From Cystobasidiomycetes sp. EMM_F5 (taxonomy: Eukaryota): a stretch of DNA of 48,574 nucleotides. The position numbers and the translations under genes were made by a program. Location: the NCBI GenBank assembly GCA_051047955.1, contig JBPGPT010000005.1, forward strand, positions 682,001-730,574, given 5' to 3'. The notes under the pieces were generated by a model. It searched no databases. It was not told the origin of the DNA and was given only the letters and a program-made list of their open reading frames with translations. Every line of letters begins with the position of its first letter. The stretch's first letter is position 1. Below, in pieces: positions 36,308-48,317 of the stretch.

Positions 36308-36873
36308 ATATTGAGCAAGTCAAGGACCATTGCGCTCAACTGCAAGACAAAAACAATCGCTTCGCCACTCATTACAAATGCGCACAATGCCAAACCTTAC
36401 GGCATTACGATATGCAACCCATCCGTGCAACTTGCACGTTGCACGTTTCACAAACAGTCACACAGTCTCATTATATGAGTATACCGCGGCAGTTGACTGT
36501 TTTGCTTTGTGCATTGCATTGCGCTCTCCAGGATTTGTTACTAATCCTATTCATTGTACCGTTAATGCAAAACATGCTGCTTTGAAAGGCACTGCTTTCA
36601 AGCGATCATATATATTTGATAGGAGAGGCAGAAAGTTTGGCGAATGAGTCTGATACATAAGATTCTGGGCATTGGCGTCGTCATATATGCATAAAAGTGC
36701 CAGAGCTGCAAGCCTTATATCCAGCCTGTCGACATCTACAGATGTCAGTGTGCATATTCATGTCGTATCCTGCCCTACCAGATACAGTCAAAGCCCATTC
36801 CTACCGGATCTCATCAATGTGTGCACAAGCAAACTATACAGTTTGAGGTTTGGCAGGTCACGTGGCCCTGTCA

Positions 36874-36909
36874 GCGGAGAAGCGAGGCGGGGCACTCCGC
36901 AAAAAAAAA
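36874..36909. promoter_or_regulatory. Three CreA/Mig1-type SYGGRG boxes plus A9 tract upstream of the amylosucrase gene
   Basis: GCGGAG at 36874-36879, GCGGGG at 36887-36892 and CTCCGC (GCGGAG on the minus strand) at 36895-36900. An A9 tract follows at 36901-36909. The boxes are ~80-105 bp upstream of the ATG at 36979. Confidence 0.45.
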
Positions 36910-36978
36910 GCGAGCTACCTGCCAGCCTGCCAGAGCTCTCCGTCAAGGCCGCCGTTTGGGCATCCTGCTGCTGCGAAC

Positions 36979-39577
36979 ATGCTCACTGTACCACAGCAAG
37001 CAGCTGCTGCGCTGACGCATGTCAAAAGCCGGCTGCGCGAAACCCCGCAGGGCGTGTTGTTGGAAGACGATTTCTTTCTTGGAAACCTCAACTACAATTT
37101 TGTAACGCTCTATGGGATATACACCGGCATGTATCGGTAGCTACACCTTGCTACGACTGCTAATAAGCTCCTCACGTTTCCACAGAGCTGTACGGTTACC
37201 GCGAAGACTGCCTCGAGAGCCTAACCAGCCTCATTCAATCGCTAGCCACATCCTGGTCGGAAAGGCCAGAAGCGCTCCAGAATGTAGACAAGGAGAGACT
37301 GGGAAAGTCTGCGTGGTATACGTCGAATAAGATGGTAGGCCTAGTCGGACTCGCCCAAAGCAATCATTGAGAGCTGATCAAAGGTGCTGCGCTTTCACAG
37401 CTCGGTGGCATGTGGTACGCGACTACATCTATACGAGCGCAATGAACCAATGAATGACACCAGTACACACCCTAGTTACGTCGACTTATATGCTGGGAAT
37501 CTCACCAGATTAAGGGAGAAAATACCCTACTTGCAAGAAATTGGATTGACATATCTTCACTTGATGCCGCTCTTTAAAAGTCCTGAAAAGAATTCCGACG
37601 GAGGATATGCCGTCAGCTCGTATCGCGAAGTCGATAAGCAAGTCGGAACAATGGAGGAGCTCAAACAACTCGCTATCGAATTGAGAGCGTATGTTTTGTA
37701 AACTTTATCATTCTGGTGTGTACGCTGATGAAGTGCGGTACAGCGCTGGAATCTCTCTTGTCATAGACCTGGGTAAGTGAAAAGACGCCCTTTAAGATCG
37801 CCGTTTGACTTTCCCTCTTCCAACCAGTGTTCAACCATACATCAAATGAGCACGAATGGGCCAAGAAGGCGGCAGCTGGAGATCCAGAGTATTCCGGCTA
37901 CTATTGGATCTTCAATGACCGTTACATACCGAGCGAATTTGAAAAGACGACGCGTTCCATCTTCCCAGATGACCATCCAGGCAGTTTCATCCAGCTGCCG
38001 GATGGTCGTTGGATCTGGTCTACGTTCTATCACTTTCAATGGGATCTAAATTAGTATGTTGGCTTTCAGCGATCACAGTATACAGTCATATCTTGACCAA
38101 TGCGTATGTGCCAGCTCCAATCCAGCAGTCTTCAAGGCTATAGCGCTAGAAATGCTTTTCCTGGCAAATATAGGTGTAGAGATCTTCCGCATGGACGCTG
38201 TAGCTTTTATCTGGAAGCGCATGGGGACCACTTGCGAGAGCTTGCCAGAAGCGCACAAGCTATTGAGAGCATTTAATTCGATCTGTCGAATCGCTGCCCC
38301 GTCTGTCCTCTTCAAAGTAGGTGGTCCTTTTTGACAGTCCAAGATATGGCTCACTTGCAATCTTTGCAGTCCGAAGCTATCGTTCATCCAGGAGAAGTAG
38401 TCACATACATCGATTCGTACGAGTGTCAGCTTTCATACAATCCCCTTCAAATGGCATTAGGTTGGGTAAGCTTGACTTCTGATCGGCATGTTCGTAGCTG
38501 AAGACAGACGAATAACAGGAAGCGTTAGCAACCCGCAACGTCAGGATGCTCCAGCAAGCGCTTGAACGGTGGCACAACCTGGGCGATCCCGATCGCTGTC
38601 ACTGGGTCAATTATGTCCGCTCGCACGATGTGAGATGTTCGATAATTCCGGTGCATATTCCACAACCTGACGGCCCGCTTCTATCAAGGATATCGGATGG
38701 ACATTCTCGGATGAAGATGCCTTGGAGCTAGGTATAAAAGGCAATGAGCATCGCCGCTTCCTGAACGCTTTTTATGTCAATCGTCATCCGAACTCCTTTG
38801 CTCGGGGCGTGCCGTTCCAAGACAATCCAAGAACGGGAGACTGCAGAATCACTGGTACGGCGGCCAGTCTGGCGGGTATCGAAGCGGAAGGAGAATCAGC
38901 CATTGCTAGGCTGCTATTGCTGGAATCGATTGCCTTTTCAACAGGCGGTATTCCACTCCTTTACCTCGGAGATGAGGTAAGAGCCGCTATAGTGTGAGAC
39001 GCTCGTTAGCTGCTGAAATTATGCGATTGCATAGGTTGGTCAGCTGAACGACTACAATGTCCTCACGGACCCAGATAAAGGAGGTGACTCCAGATGGGTC
39101 AATCGGCCTGCGTGCCCTACTGCCTCCTACGATCAACGAAATGATCACAACACCATTGCCGGCAAGCTATTTGCTGGCATGATGAATCTCATCAAAATCA
39201 GAAAAGCTACGACGGAGTTAGGTAAGTCCAAGTCAGTTCCATGATAACATTGGTTCCTGCTGACTGTATTGTAGCCGGTGGTCGATTGGTCGGCTTCCAT
39301 ACAGGAAATCCTCACGTCCTTGGCTATCAGCGCATGGGCAGCCAGACGCGCCTTCTGTGCTTAGCAAATTTTCACGATACCTGGCAGGTGAGACACTGCG
39401 ACATGACTTCGATGCAATGAAACCTCGCATACTGACTGCATCTGACAGTGGGTCGGAAGAGACCGCTTCAGCTCAATTCCGGCGAATGTTGTGGACCTGA
39501 TTACGGGTTACGATATCGAGCTGCATAATTCGGGCATACAGCTGAGACCATACCAGTTCGTGTGGCTGCGGTTCTGA
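36979..39577 (+). CDS. Amylosucrase-like GH13 subfamily 4 enzyme, 13 exons, ~634 aa
   Basis: Exons 36979-37126, 37186-37334, 37401-37414, 37476-37688, 37744-37772, 37828-38053, 38115-38316, 38370-38465, 38519-38629, 38689-38976, 39035-39221, 39275-39387 and 39449-39577 sum to 1905 nt in frame. Motifs: [137 protein letters not shown] and LRPYQFVWL. Confidence 0.95.
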
Positions 39578-39697
39578 GACAAGTTGTGATGAAGGGAATA
39601 GACGTTAGCATAGCATAGCATATATGGGATCCAGTGCAAGCTTTCACGCCAACAATATACCATTGTCATACTGTAGATACTATTGTGCAATGTACAG

Positions 39698-40499
39698 TTA
39701 CGATACCTCCAGACTTGCTCCAACGGCCTCGAAAGCCTTCTTCATCTTTTCTATATCGTCCTTTGGCACATTCTCTTTGAGCGTTTTTGGTACGCTCTCT
39801 ACGAATTTCTTTGCCTCGACCAGGTTCATAGTCGGCATGACATTCTTGACTTCCTTGATGACCTTGGCCTTTTGCGCAGCATCAATCTTGGTCAAGGTGA
39901 CAGTGAAAACAGTCTTCTCTTTCGGCTTTTCTGGCTCTGCTTCCGCTGCCGGTGCTGCCGCTGCTCCAGATCCTGCGCCCGGAGCCGCCGCAACAGGAGC
40001 TGCGACTGCAACATCTGCGATATTCAGGCGAGACTGTGGGTAATGTGATTGAGTGATGGCTCTTTGCCTACAGTGTATACAAAAGAGCACCTTCAATGTC
40101 GACACCAGCTCTGAGGCCTCCAGTAACGAAAGACCGGCAATCTGGTCAACGATCTGCTGTACTTTTGGTGATGTTGCAGAGGTGCTGGAAGAAGTAGATG
40201 AACTTGGCGCCGGTGGGGTTGCTGACGATGTTGATGGCGAGGCTGCTGGAGTTGCATAAGATCTCGCAAAATGGCAGCTGCAGGATCAGGAGCTTCAGCC
40301 ATGAGCCGTCCGTATATGAATGACTCGTATAATGCGCACGTTACACATGCAGAGGTCTGTGGCAGCTGCTGCCGCTGCTTCGATGCCGCTCGAAGGCTTC
40401 TTGAAATTGCTGATCTTGCTAAACTCTACGTCCAAGAAACGCAGCGAGGCGTCAGATTGGCGCTTCGTAGACTTCAATGAGTTGTCGTAACCGTACCAT
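39698..40499 (-). CDS. MRPL12: Mitochondrial large-subunit ribosomal protein bL12m (L7/L12)
   Basis: The first coding exon is just ATG, followed by a presequence. Then SPKVQQIVDQIAGLSLLEASELVSTLK|SRLNI and EKTVFTVTL..KAKVIKEVK..NLVEAKKFVESVPKTLKENV..KKAFEAVGA. Confidence 0.95.
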
Positions 40500-40727
40500 G
40501 ATGGTCAGCGCCAAAGCTGTTCGCGGGTGAATGTTGTTTCGAAGACAAGCTCTGGTCGAGCTTTCAGCAGTTCTAGCTCTGCTGCCGACCAATGCAACAA
40601 CAGTCTCTTGGATATCTTTGACTTGCACTGACTGATGATATAAAGAGCCGCATGCTATGCTGAGCTGCAATGCTGCACCCTGCGTCCCCGAGCAACCTGA
40701 TGAACTTATACACTCTTAACCACCATT

Positions 40728-43700
40728 ATGGAGGCGTCGGCATCCACAAGCCGCAGTCTAACAGCGAGCAACCTTGAGAGACATACTCGCTGTAATAAGC
40801 CTTCGGCGGAGGAGAATATCGCTCGCTACTTTCGTTATTTACAGCCCAGCTCGCCAATCGCCCCTGCACGCGATGTCAGCAAGCACGCTCGCGATAACGA
40901 GCGCGAAAGCCACAGTGCTGCAAACAAACGCGAAGCAACTGATGCAGACGGGGCGCGCCGGTCGTCAAATGACCGCCATCGCTCCAGCCGTGACGATACT
41001 GGCCATGGCAAAACGCCAGGCCGAAAGTCGTTGATCAAATTCATGTTGTCCAGGCGCGATTCTGATGCATACAAGCTCGCACAAGAGGATGATCTCGAAT
41101 CTGTCAGCCCAGTCCTCAAGCCTCGGCGTGGGACTTCCGGTTCACCGCAGCAGCACTCGTCTAAACGTAAGAGAAATGAAAAGGACCGTATATCCTTAGA
41201 AGACAGTGAAGATGAACGAAAGAAACGCGTGCGAAGCCGGCACTTCGATAAGAATGAAGAGAGACATAGGGACGCTGCAGCAATCGACAAAAAGGGTAAA
41301 GGCCGTTCGAGCAAGTCAGAGGATGAGCGAGCGCAGTGTAGGTTCGGGGCTTATTCACAGCAAATCGTTCATCTGAGTGGTCTGCACTGTCAGTGCTTGA
41401 GCAGCGGAAGCAGAAACGGAGAGCCAAAGCGATCATTGTCAGGGATCGTACGGGTACAAAGTCTCTGAGCAAGAATGCCGTCAAAGCACAACAGGAACAG
41501 GACCACCAGAAATCCAAACATAAAACTGACTATGGAAGTAGGAACAAAAGCAAGCACAAGCGTGGTAAAGACCCAGACACCACGTCCGTCACGAGCAAGG
41601 GGGCTGCCAGCGGCAAGTATGAGCTCGAGTGGGACCTGGTAGATATTGCCCGGCGGAAACGTCGAGAAACAGCGGTTTCTAAGAGTGTAAGAGCTGTCAA
41701 GGATGCAAATCTGGCAAAGCCCTCAACGAAAAGAAAGCACGACCAGAATCCGCTGTCCAGAGCCTCAAATATTGGTCCAGTCGAGCGTGTTACAGTCGGC
41801 ATAGATCATATATTCGTAGCTTCGGCACATAGCTGACGACGTTTTCCTGGCCAGTTGAAAGCAAAAGCTGGTATCTATAACCAGGGAGCATCATCGTCAA
41901 GACAGCCTGTATCTAGAGATCGAAAGTTCAATCGTCCGCGTATGTTATGAGCAGTCTTCGATCAGACTCTATGCTCAATCCTCGTTCACAGCGCCAGATC
42001 TGGCATTCAACGAGCTGCCGTTTCTGAATCAGCCTGTCGCTAGTGTTGCTTCCCCACGCCGCAAACGCAGAAAAGCAGCGATACCTGAGACATCTGACAG
42101 CGATTCTAGCTTGCCTAGTATAAGTCGGGCTAATGCGATAAAAGCTGCTAGCGTGGAACTGGTGTATCAGCCTCCCAGCCGAAAGGAGCGCAAGGCAGTT
42201 GAAGAACCCGAACGAAACCGCAACGTGAAGAATCGGTCATCGCCGAAGTTGGCCACCCAAACTAAAAGGGTCGATACATCTTTCAGTGGTTCCAGCGATC
42301 TTTCCTCGTGTAATGGTGATGTCAAAATGCCAGAGAAGAGCAAAGGTAAGCCTGAGGGCAGAAGAAGCGAGACTTCAAATCCAGCTCTTCCGTCAGTGGA
42401 TAAGCATCAGACCGCGAAAGTCAGTGATCAAGCCAAGCCGGAGGTCGAATTGCGAGGAACGCGACAGCCATCGAGTGCCATGCGCGCAGGTACATCGCCC
42501 CCCTCTGAAGCACAAGTTTCCTCCCTCACCGGTCTTTCTGCGGCATCTCTGGCCCGAAGACGGGAGCGACGACACATGAACATAGAAATGCTGTCACAAC
42601 AGGCAGCAGTCCGCTCGACTGGCGCTCCAAGTTGTGCGGCCACGTCGGCGTTGCAGACTGTCCCAGAAAGTCCCGCAAAAGAGACTTCTCACATCCTCTC
42701 CAGCATCCGCCTTGATCACGGTCCTTCCGCTGTTGTTGGAAAGGCCTATCCGGCCGTGCGCGTCCCTCGCAGAAAGGCCAGCTTGATAGCGGGAGGGCGT
42801 ACCGATCTACCTCCACGCTCGCGATCCGGGTCGGCGTATGGACCGAGTCGCTTACAAGTGGAGACTGGCGTGAATGATTGGCTGTTCTCGCCACCTGAAG
42901 CTTTCGAGAATATACCGTATGACGACGATGCGCATGTGGAGCCAGCAGACTGCCCACCCCTGCAATTCACATTCGGCAACGATGTACCGTCATACTTAGA
43001 GCCAGCGCCGGCAGTCGACCATCAATTAGACGAGTTCGGGTTCGATGAGGACGATCTACCAGACTGCGACCGCAGCAACTCTGACCTGGACGACTACGAC
43101 GAAAATACATACAGTCTACACATGCGCACATGCATGCCACATCAAAATGTCACGGACTTCCATGCGCAGGCTGTGCCCTTGGCCACCCACCAGCATCCTG
43201 CCTTGCCGATGTCGAACGGCCCAGGGGAGCGGTCCGTGGACGTGTCTGAGGACATGATCAATTGGGACTTTGTCACTCATGATACAGTCGATTCAGCGAT
43301 CTTGGAAGACGCAAATGGGCACTCGGTCTTGCCAGGGCTCTCAGCTTATCAAGCGCAAGTCATGACGAGCCGTGACATGGCATCAGATCCTCAGACTTTC
43401 GTAGACACCGCGGCTGTGACCAATCGGGACTTCGAACTTCAGATCAAGCAATCAGCGTGGCCTTTCCGTCAGCATGGCCTGCCTTTCGATCATCAATCGC
43501 TTATTGACCACCAAAACGGCAGTGGCAATGCGTATCCAAGCGGCGAACATTATCATAACAACACGAGATCTGCTGAACATCAATATGGTACGACCGTCAT
43601 TGCGACCTTGCCGTGCGCAAGAGCATGTCCATCACACGAAGTCAATACATTCTCGGGCTCGCATGCCAATTTGTATTCGGCAGACGACCTGCTGCAAGCA

Positions 43701-43772
43701 TACGAGTCCGCGCCATACAACGGAAGGCAGAACAATCGCTACAACGGCTTCTGGAAACGGTCCGGTGCCTGA
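40728..43772 (+). CDS. Large hypothetical, mostly disordered protein (basic/Ser-rich N-half, acidic C-half)
   Basis: Consecutive same-strand ORFs 40728-41468, 41393-41836 and 42111-43772 are separated by short intron-like gaps. Several K/R clusters resemble NLSs. No domain recognised. Confidence 0.6.
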
Positions 43773-44053
43773 GGAGGTGCAATCCGACCGTACAATTTTT
43801 TGCCAAACATCGCCGGTAGTGCTCCGCTAATTAGATGCACAGCTTCCCTTTCATGCAATGCAATTTACTTCATTATTTCATGACGTACCGAGCCGTTGCA
43901 TTTGGGTCATTAACGGTTGGCTCGCTTTAATGTCCCTTTGACGCTGTTCTGCAGCATTTAAGCGTTTCCACAAATCATGCTGACAATTCTCGCCTGATCG
44001 TCTCTTCCAACATCTGCAAGGTTAGTCAAGACCAGGCAACAAGCACCTCAAAA

Positions 44054-44409
44054 ATGGATGTGTAAGCATGATGCATCATGCGCAGCAGCCTTGAGTCGCT
44101 CAATGTTGACCCCAAATTTCTTGTAGTAACAGCTACATGATGCAAAGGTCCATGATGGGCGGTATGCCATCGTACGGATACGGTCGTATGATGGGAGCCA
44201 TGAATTACATGGGTTATGGCGTCAATGCTTACGGAGGATATGGCGGCTACGGCAGCTATGGTGGCGTCAATGGCTGCATGGCAATGTCTCCATACTCGGG
44301 CATGATGGCTGGCGGCATGGCTGGCGGCATGTACGGCGCATCCGCAATGGGAGGAATGGGTTACGGAATGAATCCCATGCTCATGTCGCGCTCGCCGTAC
44401 ATGATGTGA
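44054..44409 (+). CDS. Small Met/Gly/Tyr-rich low-complexity protein, 2 exons, 96 aa
   Basis: AAAATG at 44054, then intron 44062-44126 (GTAAGC..TTGTAG) joins in frame to give MDVNSYMMQRSMMGGMPSYGYG...SRSPYMM*. Confidence 0.7.
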
Positions 44410-44490
44410 GACTTCGAGAAAGACACGCAAACGGTACTCCTCTCACGCCCTCCAATGTGCACCAAGCTACCGCTCCTTAAGCAGAAAAGA

Positions 44491-46349
44491 CTACAAATGT
44501 GCCTTGAGTCCAGCCTTTCGGAACAGTTCCTGCCGCTTCTTCTCCTGCTGCTCCATGATTTTACGAAGCTCTCCCGCTCTTTTAAGTTCACTGTAAATGC
44601 CAAATATCAGATACACAATGATATGCGATGGAAACCAATGGTAAACTTACTTTTTGCCGATTTGCTGAATGTGTACTTCGTCCGGACCATCGGCGTATCG
44701 TAGAGTACGGACAGCAGCCCACATGGCAGCAAGCGGGGTATCTTGCGACAGACCCTCTGCGCCATACATTTGCATCGCTTGGTCGAGAACATTCAGTGCC
44801 ATTTGCGGTACTACAGCCTGTAGAGTGACGCAATCTCAGAATGCATATATGGTATACTGACTGCCAACACGGACCTTTGCAATACCGATGTCGCGCAGAG
44901 CGCCTTTGGCTCGTACAGTATCAATTTGAATAGCTGCGACGAGGACAAGCAAGCGAGCCTGATCGAGTTCCATTCGTGCTTTGGCAACTCGTTCGATGAC
45001 TACTCCATGTTCTGATAGTTGCTTGCCAAAAGTCTTGCGTGAGGAATCGGTGACGCGGGTAATCATCAAATCTAATGCTCGCTGGGCGACACCGACAGTC
45101 CGCATGCTAGCAAGCAGCGAAGGAGAATCAGCATGTCGAAAATGGTACACGAGCTCAAACTCACCAGTGATGGATGCGACCAGGGCCTGATATGGTGGAG
45201 ATTCAGTTTGCAACATATAGCCTGCTTAAATGTCACTACTCACCAAGACGTCCCTGTATGACTTCGAAGCCTCGGCCCCAACCAGCTATAATGTTACTCT
45301 CCGGCACTCGCACATTCTCATAACGTACTTCCATGTGTCTATTGTGTGGAGGGTGGAGTCAGGTTCAATGTTGGACGCTCCGAAGCTGTATCGTCGACAA
45401 CCTCACCCTTCTGGAGCTCCATCCTGGCCCATGATTGTCATCGGTCGTACGATAGTCACGCCTGGAGTATCGGCCGGCACGATAACGATTGACTGTCGTT
45501 TGTAAGCGTCCTTATTATTTGGATCAGATTGACCCATGACTAAGTGGACAGCGCATCTTGGATCTCCGGATCCCGAGATCCACCACTTGAGGCCGTTGAC
45601 GACTATCTGACCATTCTCGCGAGTGATGCGCAACTTGATGTTTGTGGCATCGGAAGACGCGACGAATCGTTCGGTCATCGCAAATGCAGATCGCGTCTTG
45701 CCCTCAAGAAGCGGGACGAGCCATTTCTTCTTTTGCTCCTCCGTACCATATCGAGCAAACACTTCCATGTTGCCCGTGTCACTACGACCGGCACCGGTCA
45801 AATCGTGAAAATTACAAGGAGGACTAGTGACTTACGGAGCTGCGCAGTTGGTAGCTTCAGGAGCTACAGTACATCTTCCCATCACCTCTGCCATAACGGC
45901 GTATTCGAGGTTGGTGAGATCGACACCGACGCTGAGAAGGCGGGTCTATAAGCGCGTCTGCCAACAAGATCAGCAGTGTATGCACTGACTCTGGGTAGTG
46001 CGCTTTGGACAAAAACAAGTTCCACAGCCCGAGTGATCTTGCCTTTGCCTTGAGTTCTTCCAATACTGGCGGGATGACCTTCCATCGCTTCTTGGGATCC
46101 AGCTCAATCTGTGCATGGTACACCTTCTCTGCTGGAATGCATTCGAACTCTACAAAGTCAACGAGTCTGGCTAATTTCTGCTTTGCATCTTCGGAGAATC
46201 TGTTTGGAGAAATGTCAGACCGCCAGAGATACGAAACGTCGCTATCCATTGCATTACCTTGGTTCTATGAGTGCCCACGTTCTATATGAACCAAGTCAGT
46301 CGGGATAACGTTGCCATCTAGACACCCTGCCTCACGAGCTGGGCATCAT
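44491..46349 (-). CDS. Acyl-CoA dehydrogenase (ACAD10/11-like), peroxisomal PTS1 (-AHL)
   Basis: [81 protein letters not shown] and [14 protein letters not shown]-terminus GLKAHL*. Many short introns. Confidence 0.93.
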
Positions 46350-46625
46350 TCGCGTAATCGGATGGCCAGATTGGAGCGGCGGCCCTCCAACTGGGACTGG
46401 GTTAGCTTCGCGGGACATGGCGTGTGGATGGTGTCAGTTGGATGGAATTGTGCTCTCCTTTTGCAGATGCGTGCAAAGCAGAGCGTAGTTTCGGTCGGGA
46501 GACCAGAATCCCCAGTTCTTTACCGGCAGTCGAAGTCGCCGAGTCGCGACCTTTGCGCAATGCTTCGAGCTTGGACTGCAGACAGCTCTGCGAGCACAAC
46601 ATGCATCAGAGACCAGCAATGAGTT

Positions 46626-47389
46626 ATGCAGCTGTCCAGGATTCAGTTCGAGGAGGCTATCGAGCTATGGCTGGATGACGGTGTCGGTGCCTCAGGCACA
46701 GCAGATTTGAAGGCCGTCAATCCAGCAGATTGGTCTATAAAGCGAGATGTGAGCCTGGCTTTCTTTGGTTGTCGGTGTGACACAAAATTGTTCACTATCC
46801 TGACATTGGCTCAGCCCGTGCTGGGCCATGCGTACCTGTGCAGACTTCGCAAGGTCATTCAGCTGCGAGGAGGTCTTAGTCCTCAAGGCCGCAATAATGA
46901 TGAAGACGCAGCAGCTGATCAAGTCCAGGAGATTGTTGATGAAGCTCAGAAGATCTCGATAGAAGGCGTGGCCCACATGGGCTTCGTCGACCTCCACATC
47001 GTCTATTCGCCGTCTTATCGGGTTCCAGTGCTCTACTTTCGAGCATATACCGCTGGTGGGCCGCGCTCGTTCTCAGCAACATGCTCCTGTCTCTGATTGA
47101 AGTGCACTACACAGATGGCTCTGTTGCACCGCTAGAGGATCTCCTCCGTTCTTCGTTATTCTACCGCTCGAGTGAGACGGAATTGGCCGACCTCAAGGAC
47201 GGCAACATGCAGACACCATCAGTTTCACAAGGCGAGCACCCTCTGACGACGCATCCGTGCTTCTTCCTGCATCCCTGCGAGACTGCTGCAGCGCTGGCCG
47301 AGGTGATGGCCGTCACCACTCCATGTACACCTCACCTCATCTTGAAAACATGCATCATGCTCATCAGTACTGTCGTGGACATACGCTAG
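46626..47389 (+). CDS. ATG10: Autophagy E2-like conjugating enzyme Atg10
   Basis: HIVYSPSYRVPVLYF and SQGEHP..FFLHPCET (catalytic HPC). Short length and lack of the Atg3 N-terminal region favour Atg10 over Atg3. Confidence 0.85.
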
Positions 47390-47759
47390 CGAGAAACGGT
47401 CTGCGACCATTCGCAGCATCGAAAACGCCCTTTTCATGCAAAGGAGGGGTGGAGCATACTATGCCACTCCAACGAGTTGTCGAGCAAGAGGCTCGAAAGA
47501 CAGACATCGAAATCCTGAGTCAAGTAGCAATCCAGTGTCATGGTACTCTCTGCCTCCTTCACGTATGCTTCCGCTGGGAATGGTATGGAACCATCCTAAA
47601 GTCTCCACTTTGTTACGCTCAGCTACCAAACTTCCCAATCCTCGCTCCGAATTTCACTAGCATCACATTTGATTATGATCCTTCAGCACCAGTGCTGCAC
47701 ATACCGACAGCAGGGTCTCAGGCTTACTCTTATTGCTGCTACGTAAATGCTGGCAGGCT

Positions 47760-48317
47760 TCAGACCGTGCTGTGCCAAGATTGGGGTGTTCTTGGCGGAG
47801 GGAGGTCTTCGCCTTCGCCTTCACACGAGCTCGTGCAGCTACGACAATCTTCATTACATTCTTCGCAGTCTTCCGGCCGATCGGCTTTCATATCGTGATC
47901 ATCGAGGCCGTGAGGTATAGTGGGCAAAGCTGTCTCTCGATGGACGTCGTACAAGAAAGGGTTCTCTCTGAATGGTCGCTGAGGCTCGGCGTCCACTTGG
48001 CTATAGGTCCTTTGCTGCGGTCGACAGTGATAGAAGAGCTTGAACAGTACATCGCGGCCACGAGTAGCGGCGGGTGCTACAACGGGTCGCACGCGCATTA
48101 CGGCGCTATTGAAGATGTAGCCGGTCTCTTTGTAGAAGACCGCCATCAAGACCATCAGAGCGAGTACCATGACGCCGATCCACATGTGCAAATCGCTCCA
48201 GTCGTTCCACAGCCACGACCAAACGTAGAGAAATCCCATAATCCCGCTGATGAGAAAGATAGTGCCAACGGTGATCAGTGTGAAGCCTTGTACACATAAC
48301 CACATGTCGTCCGCCAT
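47760..48317 (-). CDS. Hypothetical membrane protein with two N-terminal TM segments (185 aa)
   Basis: ATG-started ORF with FTLITVGTIFLISGIMGFLYVW and MWIGVMVLALMVLMAVFY, plus a Cys/acidic tail (CEECNEDCRSC). Confidence 0.55.
   Translation of the reverse strand: MADDMWLCVQGFTLITVGTIFLISGIMGFLYVWSWLWNDWSDLHMWIGVMVLALMVLMAVFYKETGYIFNSAVMRVRPVVAPAATRGRDVLFKLFYHCRPQQRTYSQVDAEPQRPFRENPFLYDVHRETALPTIPHGLDDHDMKADRPEDCEECNEDCRSCTSSCEGEGEDLPPPRTPQSWHSTV

Noticed and set aside
27343..39577. A single carbohydrate cluster joining the GT64/GT32 genes and the amylosucrase
   Set aside because: CDT2 lies between them, and the predicted compartments (Golgi lumen vs cytosol) and donors (nucleotide sugars vs sucrose) differ. 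The sequence shows no functional link.
36979..39577. Bacterial contamination or a pseudogene as the explanation for the fragmented amylosucrase ORFs
   Set aside because: Every break coincides with a splice-consensus intron, the exons join in frame without stops, and the flanking genes are fungal.
8378..40499. Three mitoribosomal genes (bL34m, mL46, bL12m) plus ISU1 in one window as a 'mitochondrial cluster'
   Set aside because: They are ~15 kb apart and interleaved with unrelated genes. This is plausible by chance in a gene-dense genome.
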